43,812 bases of DNA from Macrostomum lignano (Eukaryota): NCBI GenBank assembly GCA_002269645.1, contig NIVC01000878.1, forward strand, positions 1-43,812, in the 5' to 3' direction. The position numbers were made by a program, and so were the translations under genes. Positions 11,337 through 23,400 of this stretch are shown one piece after another. Within the stretch, counting starts at the first letter, position 1; each line of letters starts with the position of its first letter. Below the pieces are notes generated by a model. The model was given only the letters and a program-made list of their open reading frames with translations, was not told where the DNA came from and ran no database searches.

Positions 11337-11428
11337 GCATCAATAAGGCTGCTGTTATTTAGCCTCTCTCTCGCACAGAGATTCGGCAATCTTCTGCTTA
11401 ATGCCGCACTGACAAACCCAGCCTGGCC

Positions 11429-14400
11429 ATGCCTCTCTGCAGGATTCTCTGTACTGCTCCGATCCTGAGCTGCCTGATCTGCGCCGCTCTCTGCCGGGAG
11501 TTCCAGATCTCGGACCTCGGCTGCTTTGTTGACCACACAAATGGCGTGCAGAGAGACGTCGGTGGCATGAAGAACATTGGCCTCACACGGATCGGCAGCT
11601 CCGAGGTATCTCAGATATACGATTCTATCAACTGCGGCCAGATGACTCGCGAGCTGTGCAGCAGCGCCTGCGCTCTGGGCGGCTTCCAGTTCGCGGCTCT
11701 GCAATCGACATACTGGTGCTTCTGCGGCAACTCCTACGGGTCGCAGGGCGCTGCTCCCGACTCGGACTGCTTTCTTGCCTGCAGTGGAAACTCGGGCCAG
11801 AACTGCGGAGGTGATTGGCGAAACCGGGTGCTCCGGCTGAGCTACACCAACGGTGAGTTGCTGCTGCTGGTGGCCTCTTGTTCAGCATCTGTTAGTAGTA
11901 TGGGTTAGCAGAACCCTGCCGAACAGTGCGGAGATAGGAGACTCCGGAGACAGAAAGGCGATGGGCGGAGGTGAGGTGGTGCAAGGAGTTGGGGTGGGTG
12001 GGCAGAGTGGCGGGTTGGAGGTGAGGCCGGTGCAAGGAGGGAGGTGGGTCGGCTGAAAGTTAGCAGAACGCTGCCGAACAGTGCGGAGATAGGAGGACAG
12101 AAAGGCGATGGGCGGAGGTGAGGTGGTGCAAGGAGTTGGGGTGGGTGGCAGAGTGGCGGGTTGGAGGTGAGGCCGGCGCAAGGAGGGAGGTGGGTCGGCT
12201 GAAAGTTAGCAGAACGCTGCCGAACAGTGTGGAGATAGGAGGGCTGAAAAGGCGATGGGCGGGGTGGAGGTGAGGCCGGCGCAAGGAGGGAGGTGGGTCG
12301 GCTGAAAGTTAGCAGAACGCTGCCGAACAGTGCGGAGATAGGAGGGCTGAAAAGGCGATGGGCGGGTGGAGGTGAGGCCGGCGCAAGGAGGGAGGTGGGT
12401 CGGCTGAAAGTTAGCAGAACGTTAGTTAGCAGAACGCTGCCGAGCAGTGTGGAGATAGAAGAGCGAGCGTACGGGGTAGGGGGGGCAAGTCAGAGTGTGG
12501 GGTTGGTTGAACTGGAGAAATTGGAGAGGCCCAGCGCGCCTAGCGTGGGGTTGGTCGGTCAGGTGGAAGGCAAGCACTAAGCAGCACCTCCCTGTGGAAT
12601 ATTATTGATACAAAATGTCTGAGAAAGTTTGGGGAATTTTAGGGGGTGGGGCTGGGTATAGATAACAGAACCCGTTAGTGCGGGGAGGGTGGGGGCTTCC
12701 AGAAGGGCGAAAACAAAAACAACTCAGTCTGCGAAAACTTTTGGTATTGCAGCACTGAATTAAATTTTTAGTTCCCACAAACATGTTTACAACCGCAATG
12801 TTTTACAAAGAGCATATAAATGTACAGCCAGACTAAGATCGCCAATCGTAAAGGGGGGTTTGAGCTGGGGGGGTGGGGGCGATATGAGGGTTTGGGTTTG
12901 GGTGTGTGGGGTTCGCAATGGGGGATATTGTCAACGTATACTATAAAACTAATAAAAATAAATACAATTAAATATTATGAAAAAATATTTTCCCTAATCA
13001 ACCCCCGTCTGATGCTTCTAAAAAAAGATAAATAGCACGGCCCCCGCTCCTCCCTGCGTCTTAGAAGCCTCGAAGAATATTTGAAGCCCATTTAATTTTT
13101 TCCTTAAATAGAAATTTAACCGCTAAAATGAAAGCAAAAAGCAGCAGCTCTACTCAATTTGACGTTTGCCTGACCTGCAACAAAGTTGTTTTGGGTCAGC
13201 TATCGGACCGACATGATAGCTGCAGTGGAAGAAGCTCATGGTTGGTCTGCTGGCAATGCGGGATGATAAAGAAGAATGTGGCCAAGGCGAGAGGACTGAA
13301 AACCCACTGTGGTCATCTACAGCTGCCCAGTGGTGACAATGGCATGCGCAACCTGAGGCGAATGGTGATGCAAAAAGCTCGGCAACTGGCGGCAGATAGG
13401 GAGGCAACTCGGCAGGCTTTAAGCCAAGTTATCGAGGAGGTGAGAGAGGCCTGCAGCAACAGCGATGACGACTTTATTGTTCAGCCAAGTCGGCAGCAGG
13501 ATGTAGTTGAGCGGCCAACTGGCTCTCATCGTCGTCGTCCTGAGATCAAGGGCAAGACTCTCCGAATTGATGACCCGCATATCAGCGACATCTCGGAGGA
13601 GGAAGACGTGGACCTCGATAGTAAGGATGAGGAGGATTTCGGCAAAGAAGTCACCACCGGCACCTCCATCCAGCAGATCGTCTCCGCTCAGCTGCCCGCC
13701 GAGATGCAGCAGACCGGCTCCGCTCAGCTGCCCGCCGAGATGGAACTGCCTGGCTCCGCTCAGCTGCCCGCCGAGATGGAACTGCCTGGCTCCGCTCAGC
13801 TGCCCGCCGAGATGGAACTGCCTGGCTCCGCTCAGCTGCCCGCCGAGATGGAACTGCCTGGCTCCGCTCAGCTGCCCGCCGAGATGGAACTGCCTGGATC
13901 CGCTCAGCTGCCCGCCGAGATGGAACTGCCTGGCTCCGCTCAGCTGCCCGCCGAGATGCAGCAGACCGGCTCCGCTCAGCTGCCCGCCGAGATGGAACTG
14001 CCTGGATCCGCTCAGCTGCCCGCCGAGATGGAACTGCCTGGCTCCACCCAGCAGCAGCAGCAGCTCGTTGACCTTCTTGCTGGGTTAGAAGATGGTGAAC
14101 TATTAGAGGTGCAGCAGCAGCAGCAGCAGCAGCAGCCAAACAATGTAGCCGAGAATGTTGTGAGTAGCTGGCAAGGAGGACTGCAACTCATTTTGCCACC
14201 AATTTCTGGTGGTGGATATGCGATGTATTTTGAGGGAAATTCAATTAGATTTGTCCCTTTGTAATTGTTCAGCTGGCTTCCTGATTTCATCATTCCCCTA
14301 ATAACTTCCTCTGATTGCTTTTAACAGCTAATTGTATCATTTTATGCTTATGGTTCATCCAGCTATATAAAAGACAAAATCACTTTTGTTATATTGAATA

Positions 14401-17400
14401 AGAACTGTTGAATTAGAAAGCGAAATGAAAGACTGGAATCTTCTTTATCTTTGGATAAAAAAGTCCTCTTGTTGTTTTTTATTTTAAAAAACTTTAACTT
14501 ATGTTTAACTAGTAATCTTTCAGAATCGCTGTATAGCAACTTAAAAATTAAAAAGTGCATCAAATGCAAATTTGAAATATTCTACATATTCGAACACGAC
14601 AAAATCATTCTAAAATATTAAAAAAATTAATTTCAGCTTGAGCCCACTATCTCCTGTAACACTTCCCAAAGTGGGAATAGCTCGGTCGACTGGAGTGAAT
14701 CAGAGAATGAAAATTGGAGTGAGTCTGATGTTCAAACAGGCGACTGGAGTGAATCAAACGGCTCAGAGATTGACTGGTCTGAGACTGACTCCAATTCGAA
14801 TTTCTCAGATAGTGATTCTTCTGCATCAGAGTTTGAAGTCATCCAGTCAGCAAATCACTCCAGTGAATCCAATCAAGTTTCGGTATCTGGTGTAGCAATA
14901 ACTCCGGTCAACAGCAGAGTTGACAGCATCAACAGCTGCAGATCTGAACAGCCTGGTGAGTATTTGAAATTTTAACAAAAATAAATGGTGATATTAAAAC
15001 CAACTTTTTAGCACAAGCAAATATTAAGTTCAACAGCAATAGCTAAAAGTGAAATTTAACGAATTTTTAAACTCAACTAGCACACGTGCATAGTAGGTTT
15101 GAAATTATGAAAATAATTAAAAAATGATGTACATATCTTTTCGCAGATGCAGCGGATGTTCAAGTTATCAGAGCACACAATGGTGTTCTAGAAGTTTTGC
15201 GCTTCACTCCAAGACAAGAAGCACTCGAAGCACTCGCTTTTGTCAGAGCATGCAAAAATCTGGTGAGGCAAGCACTTTCTGATAGGCTGACAGACTCTAA
15301 CCTACTAGTTCGTGCGCAGTTGCGCCTCAACGTGCGGATGAAACGAATTAAAGGTGGAGAGGTAATTTCGGAAGAAGATAAATGGATTAGCAGCTGTCTA
15401 GAGGAACTGAATTCAATTGAAGACTTCGACGATTGGTGGGTTCGCCAAGTAGGAGCCTGTGAGCGAATAATTGATTGCCTAAACACTAATGGTAGTGGTT
15501 GGACCCTTGATGCTGCCAATGTCTTGGATGTCTGTGTTTCTCAAGGGGATCGAATTCGGTTTTACATTGGTCGAAGCAAAAAATTTGTCTTGCCAGAGGT
15601 GTTGAAGCGGAAGAAAGCCGTTATAAATGCCCCAAGTGATGGAGACAACTGCTTTATCTATGCCTGTCTTGCGGTTCTTCATCATGGTTCTGAGACTTTG
15701 CGAAAGTCGCCTCATTTAGTATCAACGTATGCACTTTGGCTGGGTGATATCAATATGGAAGGAATTTCGCTGCCGGTCACTTTAAGCGAATTGTCTGCCA
15801 TCGAGAATCAAAATCTAAACTTTTGCTTCACTGTGCTGACATGGGTGAGAGGTCACGTGGAAGTATTGAGGCAACCGAAAGTTAAAGTAGCGACTGGTAG
15901 GCGTGTGATTCCACTGCTGTATCTGCAGTGCGAAGAGGGAAAAAGCACCAATCACGCTGACAATGACGAAGAAGATGATGAAAGTATAACATTCGAAGGT
16001 CACTGGTGTAGCATTGTTAATTTGAATCGTCTTCTAAATAGCAAGGATGGTCTTCACCAACGGAAATGGTGCGAGCGGTGCCTGTCAGGCTTTCGTTCTC
16101 AGGAACGACTTGAGAAGCACAGACAGGATTGCTACCAAAGTGATGACTGTACTGTTCGAGAGGTGATGCCAAGTGCCGACAAGAATACTCTAGAATTTAC
16201 CAACTGGCAAAATACAATATCGCCTCCTTTTGTTGTCTACGCTGATTTCGAGGCTTTTAATTCCCCTTGCTCTAAGTATGAGGATAAAGAAGCTTCAGCA
16301 GGCGTGACTGAACTCGACAAATCAGCGTTCGAGAATTCTGGTGCCCCGTCCCGAGATGGTGGAACAGTGTACCTGACAGAGCACCTCCCTGCCGCTGCTG
16401 GATACATTCTTCTCCAACGAGAAGACACAATTGGTCCTCGATTGCGAGACAGAAACGCTAGTTTGCAAATTTTTAATGAGAGCGCGTCTGAAAGCTGCGT
16501 TGAAAAGTTTTTGCACTCGCTTGAAGAAGTTTCCAGAGAAGTCTATTCGTGGAACAAAACGCATAGCCATCAACCTAAAACTGTCACTGCTGAGCATTTA
16601 AAAGCCTTCGATGAGTCGACTACTTGCTTCCGCTGCGGATCGGTTTTCCCAGACCCATCTCAGAAGCACTGGGATCATGACCACTTGACCGGACAATTCA
16701 AGGGGGCTTCTTGTCCTGATTGTAACATGCGATCCCAACTTAAGCGACGCTTTTTGCCGATCCTTTTTCATAACCTAGCAGGCTATGATTGTCATTTGTT
16801 GTTTTCTACAGCTCTAAAGCGAATGACTCACTGGAAAATATCCGTGATTCCTCAGTCGATAGAGCGCTACTTGTCTCTAAGAGCCGAATTCGTTGTAGAC
16901 ATTGTTGAAATTCAGGGTCGCCAGAAGCCAGTTACATTTAGTCTGCAATTTTTAGACTCGCTTCAGTTTTTAAACTGTAGTCTTGATAACCTGATGCGAA
17001 ACATGCTAGCAAGTGAGTGTAACGTGACAATGCAAATGCGCAACGCGTTCCCAAATGTCTCTGAGGAAATTCTTCTTAGCAAGGGTATTTTCCCTTACGA
17101 CTATATTCAAAGCACTTCTGACTTGCAAACTACCGCGCTGCCAGATCAGAATAGTTTCTTCAACTCACTGACAAAGACGGAGTGTAGTGATGCTGACTAC
17201 AGTCGCGCTCAGCGAGCATGGTGCCAATTTAATTGCCAGAACCTTGGAGATTACATGAATCGCTACCTAGAACTAGACATTCGCCAATTGGCCGATGTCT
17301 TTGAGTCCTTCCGCAAGTTGAGTCTGCAAGACGATAGCTTGGATCCTCTCCATTACATAACTACACCAGGTCTATCGTTTGATTCTGCTCTAAAAAACAC

Positions 17401-20400
17401 CGGCGCAAAGTTAGAGCTGCTCACTGATGTGGATATGTATCGAATGTTTGAGCGAGGTATTCGTGGAGGCATAACTTTTACTAATGTGCATCAAGCTCAA
17501 GCATATGAGAAAGTAGATGATGATGAAAACTTCATTGCTCTTGATCAGCCTCCAAAAAGTGCTGCTTTAATTCCATTGGATGTCAACAATTTGTATGGTG
17601 TTGCGCTCTCAATGCCTTTGCCTACAAGTGGTTTCAAATGGGTTGAGAACCAGACAATTGAGGAGTGGACTGCTGAAACATTCTTATCCTTAACTGAAGA
17701 CTCACCCATCGCCTATCTAGTCGAGCTTGACTTACTTTATCCAGACGAACTTCATAGACAGACAGAAGACTTACCATTTGCACCTGAAAAAGGAAAAGTT
17801 GATTACAACGAATTTCCCGAATTCATGAAAGAACTCTGGAGCCAACTTCAGCTGAATGTAGACCGTCCGTATCATCCTTGCCAAAAGCTACTTCTAACAT
17901 GCTACGACAAAGAGCGCTACGTAGTACACTCGAACATACTCAAATTTTATCTTCAGCAAGGGATGAAGATCAAGAAGATTCATCGGGCGATTGCCTTCTC
18001 ACAAGAGCGTGTATTTGAGCCCTACATTAGAAAAAATAGTGAGTGCCGATCGGCCGCTACCAGTGATTTTGAGCGAAATTACTACAAGCTGAAAAATAAC
18101 TCTTTGTTCGGAAAGACAATGGAAAATGTCCGGAAAAGAAAAGATATTCGAATTTGCACAAGCGAAGAACAAGCCAGAATCTTCTGTTCCAAGCCTACGC
18201 TGAAAGACTTCCTAATTGTTAATGAAACAATATCAATATTCCAACTATCGAAGACCAATATCAAGCTTAACCGACCTGTTTATATCGGGCAGTGTGTCTT
18301 AGACAATTCTAAATTGGTCATGTATAACCTCTTTTACTGTGAGCTTAAGTCGCGATTCGAGCAGGTTCCTCATAGCAGATTGAAACTATGTGGAGGAGAC
18401 ACTGACTCGCTGTTTCTATGTTTAGAGAACCTAGATGTTCAAGGTTACGTGCTACCAGAAATGATTAAAGCCGGATTGCTAGACACAAGCAACTATCCTG
18501 ATGGTCACATTCTTAAGTCTAACAAACTGAAAGCAAGGCTTGGCTGTCTGAAGGACGAATCGTCTGGTGCAAAATTTAAGGAGTGGATTCTCCTTCGCCC
18601 AAAGCTTTATTCGATGCTTGCAGATGAAAGCTGCCCTCAGATAAACAAGAAGGTCGCTAAGGGTGTACAAAAATCTGTCGTCCGCAGTGTAATCACACAC
18701 CAGAGCTACCGAGAAGCATTCTATTCTCTCCAAGAGCTAACAGTTCAAGTTCGACGTATCGGCAGCAAGCGTCATCGTGTTTTTACAACTGAGCAGTCCA
18801 AGCGAGCATTGACAGTTTGGGAGGATAAGCGAGCATGGACAGACGCAAAGTCAAGTCTTCCATTTGGTCACTGTGCATTGCGAACCTCTAACTCCCAAGT
18901 ACGGACTCTTAAGCGGCCGACCTACGAAGTGCCTTTCATTGGCAGTCCCAAGCGAGCTAGACTAAATGATTGTTGAATTGATGTTCGTAATTTTAATAGC
19001 TGTTATGCTTTTTAATAAATTTTGCAATATTCTATCGATTGTATCAGTGAATTGATTGCATGTTGTAAAAAGATAGGTTAAACGTACAAATGAAGTTTCA
19101 TGTCTGCTTTTTTTAATAGAGAAACTTACGACCGTAGGTTCTCGTTCTCCATTCTTTTGTTACCCATCAGTTGAATTTGAAGTACTTATTTTTATTGACG
19201 ATTGTTTGTAGTTTTTCTTTAAATAAATTTGTTTGCTTGTGAAATAAAATTCTGTTTCTTTTTCAACTTCTTTTGCATGAGCTTAAATGTTTTTCAGTTT
19301 GACAATAATGTTTTCATATTGCTAGTTTTTCTGTTTGCTTAATTTTTGTTTTCATTGTATCAGTTTTTGCTCTTATCATTTTCATAACGTGAAATAAAAA
19401 ACCAAGCACAATATGCTCAATTCCAAGCAAAATTTACCGATGCACAGAATTTGACTTTTTAGTTTATTTTTACTGAGACTGGAAAACTAGTTTGCGCAAA
19501 CGCATACAGGCAGTTCGCAATTGTGCCATTGACCGAGCACCACTTAATACAAATGAGCCACTATGAAATAGAAGACATTTGCAACAACTGACATCAAAAA
19601 TTAACGCAGAAAAAGACTCAGGTTCATATTCAGCTTTTGGAATTTTCTTTGACAAGTCCAGCAAAGATAATGCAGAGCCTATTGAAAGTTGACCATGCGC
19701 AGTTATTGTCTTAACTCGAAAACAGATAACTTGAGGAGGCAGCAGTTGAGTCGAAACTCTGCGATGTAGCATAGCCACAAAGCGATGGGCAGCCCTTTTG
19801 GCGTCTGCGTGGGTCTTGGCACCACAGATGCTCAGTTGGCCAGTAGGGTAGAGTAGCAACGTTACTCTGGGAGTCCGCATCCTCTTGATAAGCACTCGGG
19901 GCCAGGCGGGCCGGTAGATCACATGAGCCATGCTGAGAGCCAGTTCCCGTAGAGGCAGCTGAGCGCCCTCGCCCCCATCCAGTTTCAAGTCTACTCCGCC
20001 GACTAGGTTTGTCACTTTTAGAGCTGAACACATTATGATCGGAAATTTCTTCACCAATGCTGCTGTGCCCGCTCTCGTGCCTGCTCTCGTGCCAAGGACA
20101 CTGGTCGCTTCTTAAGCTGATACAGAACTTGGGTCTGAGCCAACTGTAGTACATCAATGCATTCCGCACTGCACACCCGGTGTCTGACTCTTCAACTGAA
20201 GGTGTTCCCAAATCTTCTAGGTTGTGTACCTGTCTGCCAAGCAACTTAGTCAAAAACATCGACTTCTTCGCTCCATTCGTCCAGATAGGACCACTGGTAA
20301 TGTTCAGAGTGTCATCTGCTAGATCCATGTACGGACGGGTTCCATCGTTCCACTTAAGCTTGTGCAAATTCTTTGATAGCCTCTTGTAGTAGAACCGCAT

Positions 20401-23400
20401 CTCAGGTGAAACTCTCTCCCATGGATAAGGGGGAGCGTAGAAGCTTCCTGCTCTGACTTGAACAACAGCAAATTCTTTTATAATATATTCTTTGCTTTCT
20501 CTTTCGCAAGGAAATCCTTGGATGTCAATATAGTTCATATTGAGAAAGATCACTTTGATTTTTAAATATTGTCACTTTGTCTTCTTATATACTTTTCTCT
20601 GGCTCAACCTCAGCCAGGCTGTCTTGCTTCCTAGTCCCTTGACTATATCCTGCTGCTCTTTTTTCAATTCAGCCCCTGCCGAGTCACTCACTAGTGATAG
20701 TTGGTTTTTAACTGATTTCCCGATTGCCGAAACTGGAACATTCAGCTGCTTTCGCTGTAGTAACCAAAAAAATTCATTCCACCCAACTGGTTCACTCCCA
20801 CCTACTGAATCCCTCACTGCGTGTTGAACTAAGTCCAGTATGTTTGAGCAAGGAATCGATGTGCCTGAAATTTCCACCTCTCCATTTCCCAAAACTTGAA
20901 TCAATTCAGGCTTGTCTGACAGGCTTGCCCATAGACTGCGGGCCCTGGTCTTGAATTTCTGAGGCACTGATTTGCTGATCTTCTCCTCCCAGTTGTTCTG
21001 CGGCAGATCTGCTTTCATCGTCTTTGCTTTAGCTTTGCTCTTTGTAGCTTCTTCCTCTGCTTGCTTGCGCTTGGTCAAAACACTCTGCATTGCATTCTGA
21101 TACATGTTTCTTTTTACTTCTGCGGGATAATCCTCAGTATACAAGATATCATCACATTTTTGCTGGGCATGCTTTAAACTATATTCGCTTGCAGACTCAG
21201 TCGGCTTCAAATTCTGCATCAGCATGTCATACTCGGACTTGGAGATCAGAACCATTTCGGTGAATTTGTTCATCTTCTTTCTTTTTCTTGACGAGCTTTA
21301 ACAGAATAGGTAGAATTTTTATGAATGCAGCATTGCACAAGTCTTCTTTCCTTCTTTGAGTTGTAATTCTTCGAATTATGTGTCTCGACTTAACCAAAAC
21401 TGCCTTTTCAGTAAGCGAGAAAGACAAGTTGTTTTCCAATAGATTGTAGCAGGCCTCGGCAAGAAAATTTCTCACTTCTCTTGGGCCGCGCTTTATTAGT
21501 ACGCGCTTAAAGCTAACAGTATATTTTGATGACGCAAGAATTACAAAAATGTTTCTATGCAATTCAAGAGCTTCCATTTTTTGAGAAAAAAGCTTACAAA
21601 GCAACGGAGCTATTCTTAAGCATAGACAAGATGGGGTCGCTGGTTGGGTAAAATTCTAGCTCGCACTCGCAGCTCATCAGGAGTTGATGGATGAAAATCC
21701 AGAAACAGATAGGCTCCCCTTCCCTGTGCTGTTACATGCCTGAACACTGAAAGCAGAAAGCCGGGTTTTTCTGTAAAGCACTGCCTGCCCAGTGCTGCAA
21801 TCTGCAGCTGGTCTCTGGGGTTTTTCAAGATAGCTAAATACATTACATTCAAGCTCATTGTTCGCGACTCTTTTCCCTTGAAAAATATATTCTGAGTCAG
21901 CATCACCAAAAAGCACGGCAAGTGATGTGCGATTCCTGTGAAAAAATTTCGCATTGAAGCAGAATTCGAAGTTTCCTCTATTAAGTCATCGAAAACAACC
22001 AGGTCATTGGGCCTAAGTGCTGCCTCGATGTTGGTGGGAAATCCCTGGCGCAGCTGCACACCTAGGTTGCTCAATTCTGTATGGCCTGCCTGTGAGATCC
22101 CATAGTACCACAGAACTCTGCCAGGCTTCACATCAAACATGGCGTCTCTGTACTGGATCAGGTGTTTGACAAAGGTTGTTTTTCCTGCATTGGTGGGCCC
22201 GCAGACAATCATGCAGCTTCCCTGTCTGAGGCGGATATCGTAGCAAACTCGCTTTTCTCCCATGTCTAATGCATAAATATAGTTCTAGAACATCTTTTTC
22301 TTAAGTTGGCTTCAAACCTCTGTAAGATTCTATCATTCAAATGATTTTTTTCATTAGCATGCAAATGCTTCAAAATCCCCTCAAATGACCGATTGAACAG
22401 AAACTTTTGATAAGCAAAATAGATGCAAAACATTCCGCATTTATTAGAGTTAGCACATTGAAATCTGTTTATATTGCTTCGGAGCCAAAAGCCAGTTGTT
22501 TTAATCTCTCGAAACAAATTATAAACCACAGATAAAATTTCAGGTTCCCAGCCGAGGGAGTTGAACAGCTCAATGCAATTTCCTTGTCCAACATAGCACA
22601 CCACCCAATGACCAAATGAGCCATTGTGCTGTAGTAGAACAAAAACAAACTTATTTTCAAGGGAAATTGATCGATATTTTCTTTTTAGGCTCAAAGGCAA
22701 AACATTTTTATAGCGTAAATGTAAAGTAATGATGAGAAATTTTCGGCAAGACAAAAATTTTCTGGCGAGATTAAGTAGTTGAATTGCGTCCATGCCAATT
22801 AAGAGGAATAGTCCAGCAAAAGCTCCCGGTGCTTGGTGACCTCAATCAGCGAGTCATACAGGCACAGAGCGATCAGGGACACCGCTTCGTCCAGAGCCTG
22901 TCGGAAGCGAATCTCCAGCCGCAGGTTGCCCTCCTTCTGTCCGTACCACAGAGCCGCTCTCTCTGGTGTGAGATCGAATGCAAACACCGTGTTGTTGTTG
23001 GAGAAGAGCTGGTAGGGGATCCACGGGACCGAATTGCTTGCAGATTGACAGCTTTTCAGGTAGTGCAAGTATTCTCTTACAAAGGAATTGTTTTCAGGTG
23101 TGAAGGCGCCGTGGCACACGGTCTCTCCACCTTTCTTTAGAGCCAACCGGCTGAGGTTGAAGCTCTGGAACTGGAACGGACTCGCGTGATGATGACCGTT
23201 GAATGCTCGGTGGCTCACGAAGGCCAGCATGATGAACTTCGGCAATTTTCCATGAGTGAATCCTTCAATGTTTTTAGATTGAATGCCCTGGGGTAGGATG
23301 AAGTTCTGCATTTCAGTTCGCTCGATGGGATACAGTGCATTTTGGTTTGTCAGCCCCTGCTCGTGAGCCAGGCTGATGTGGGGCACCACTTTGACTCGGC

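Noticed and set aside
11853-12580. ORFs within the TIRs, and mirror ORFs at 28037-28891
   Set aside because: They arise from G-rich tandem TIR units, occur in several frames and have no coding signature. The 28261-29241 ORF is real only in its last ~90 codons (PAN exon).
19470-20033. That the TBP ORF is a host gene rather than element cargo
   Set aside because: It lies within the TIR/TSD-bounded element, is intronless, overlaps a Maverick ORF and is too divergent in DNA-contact residues for a canonical host TBP.
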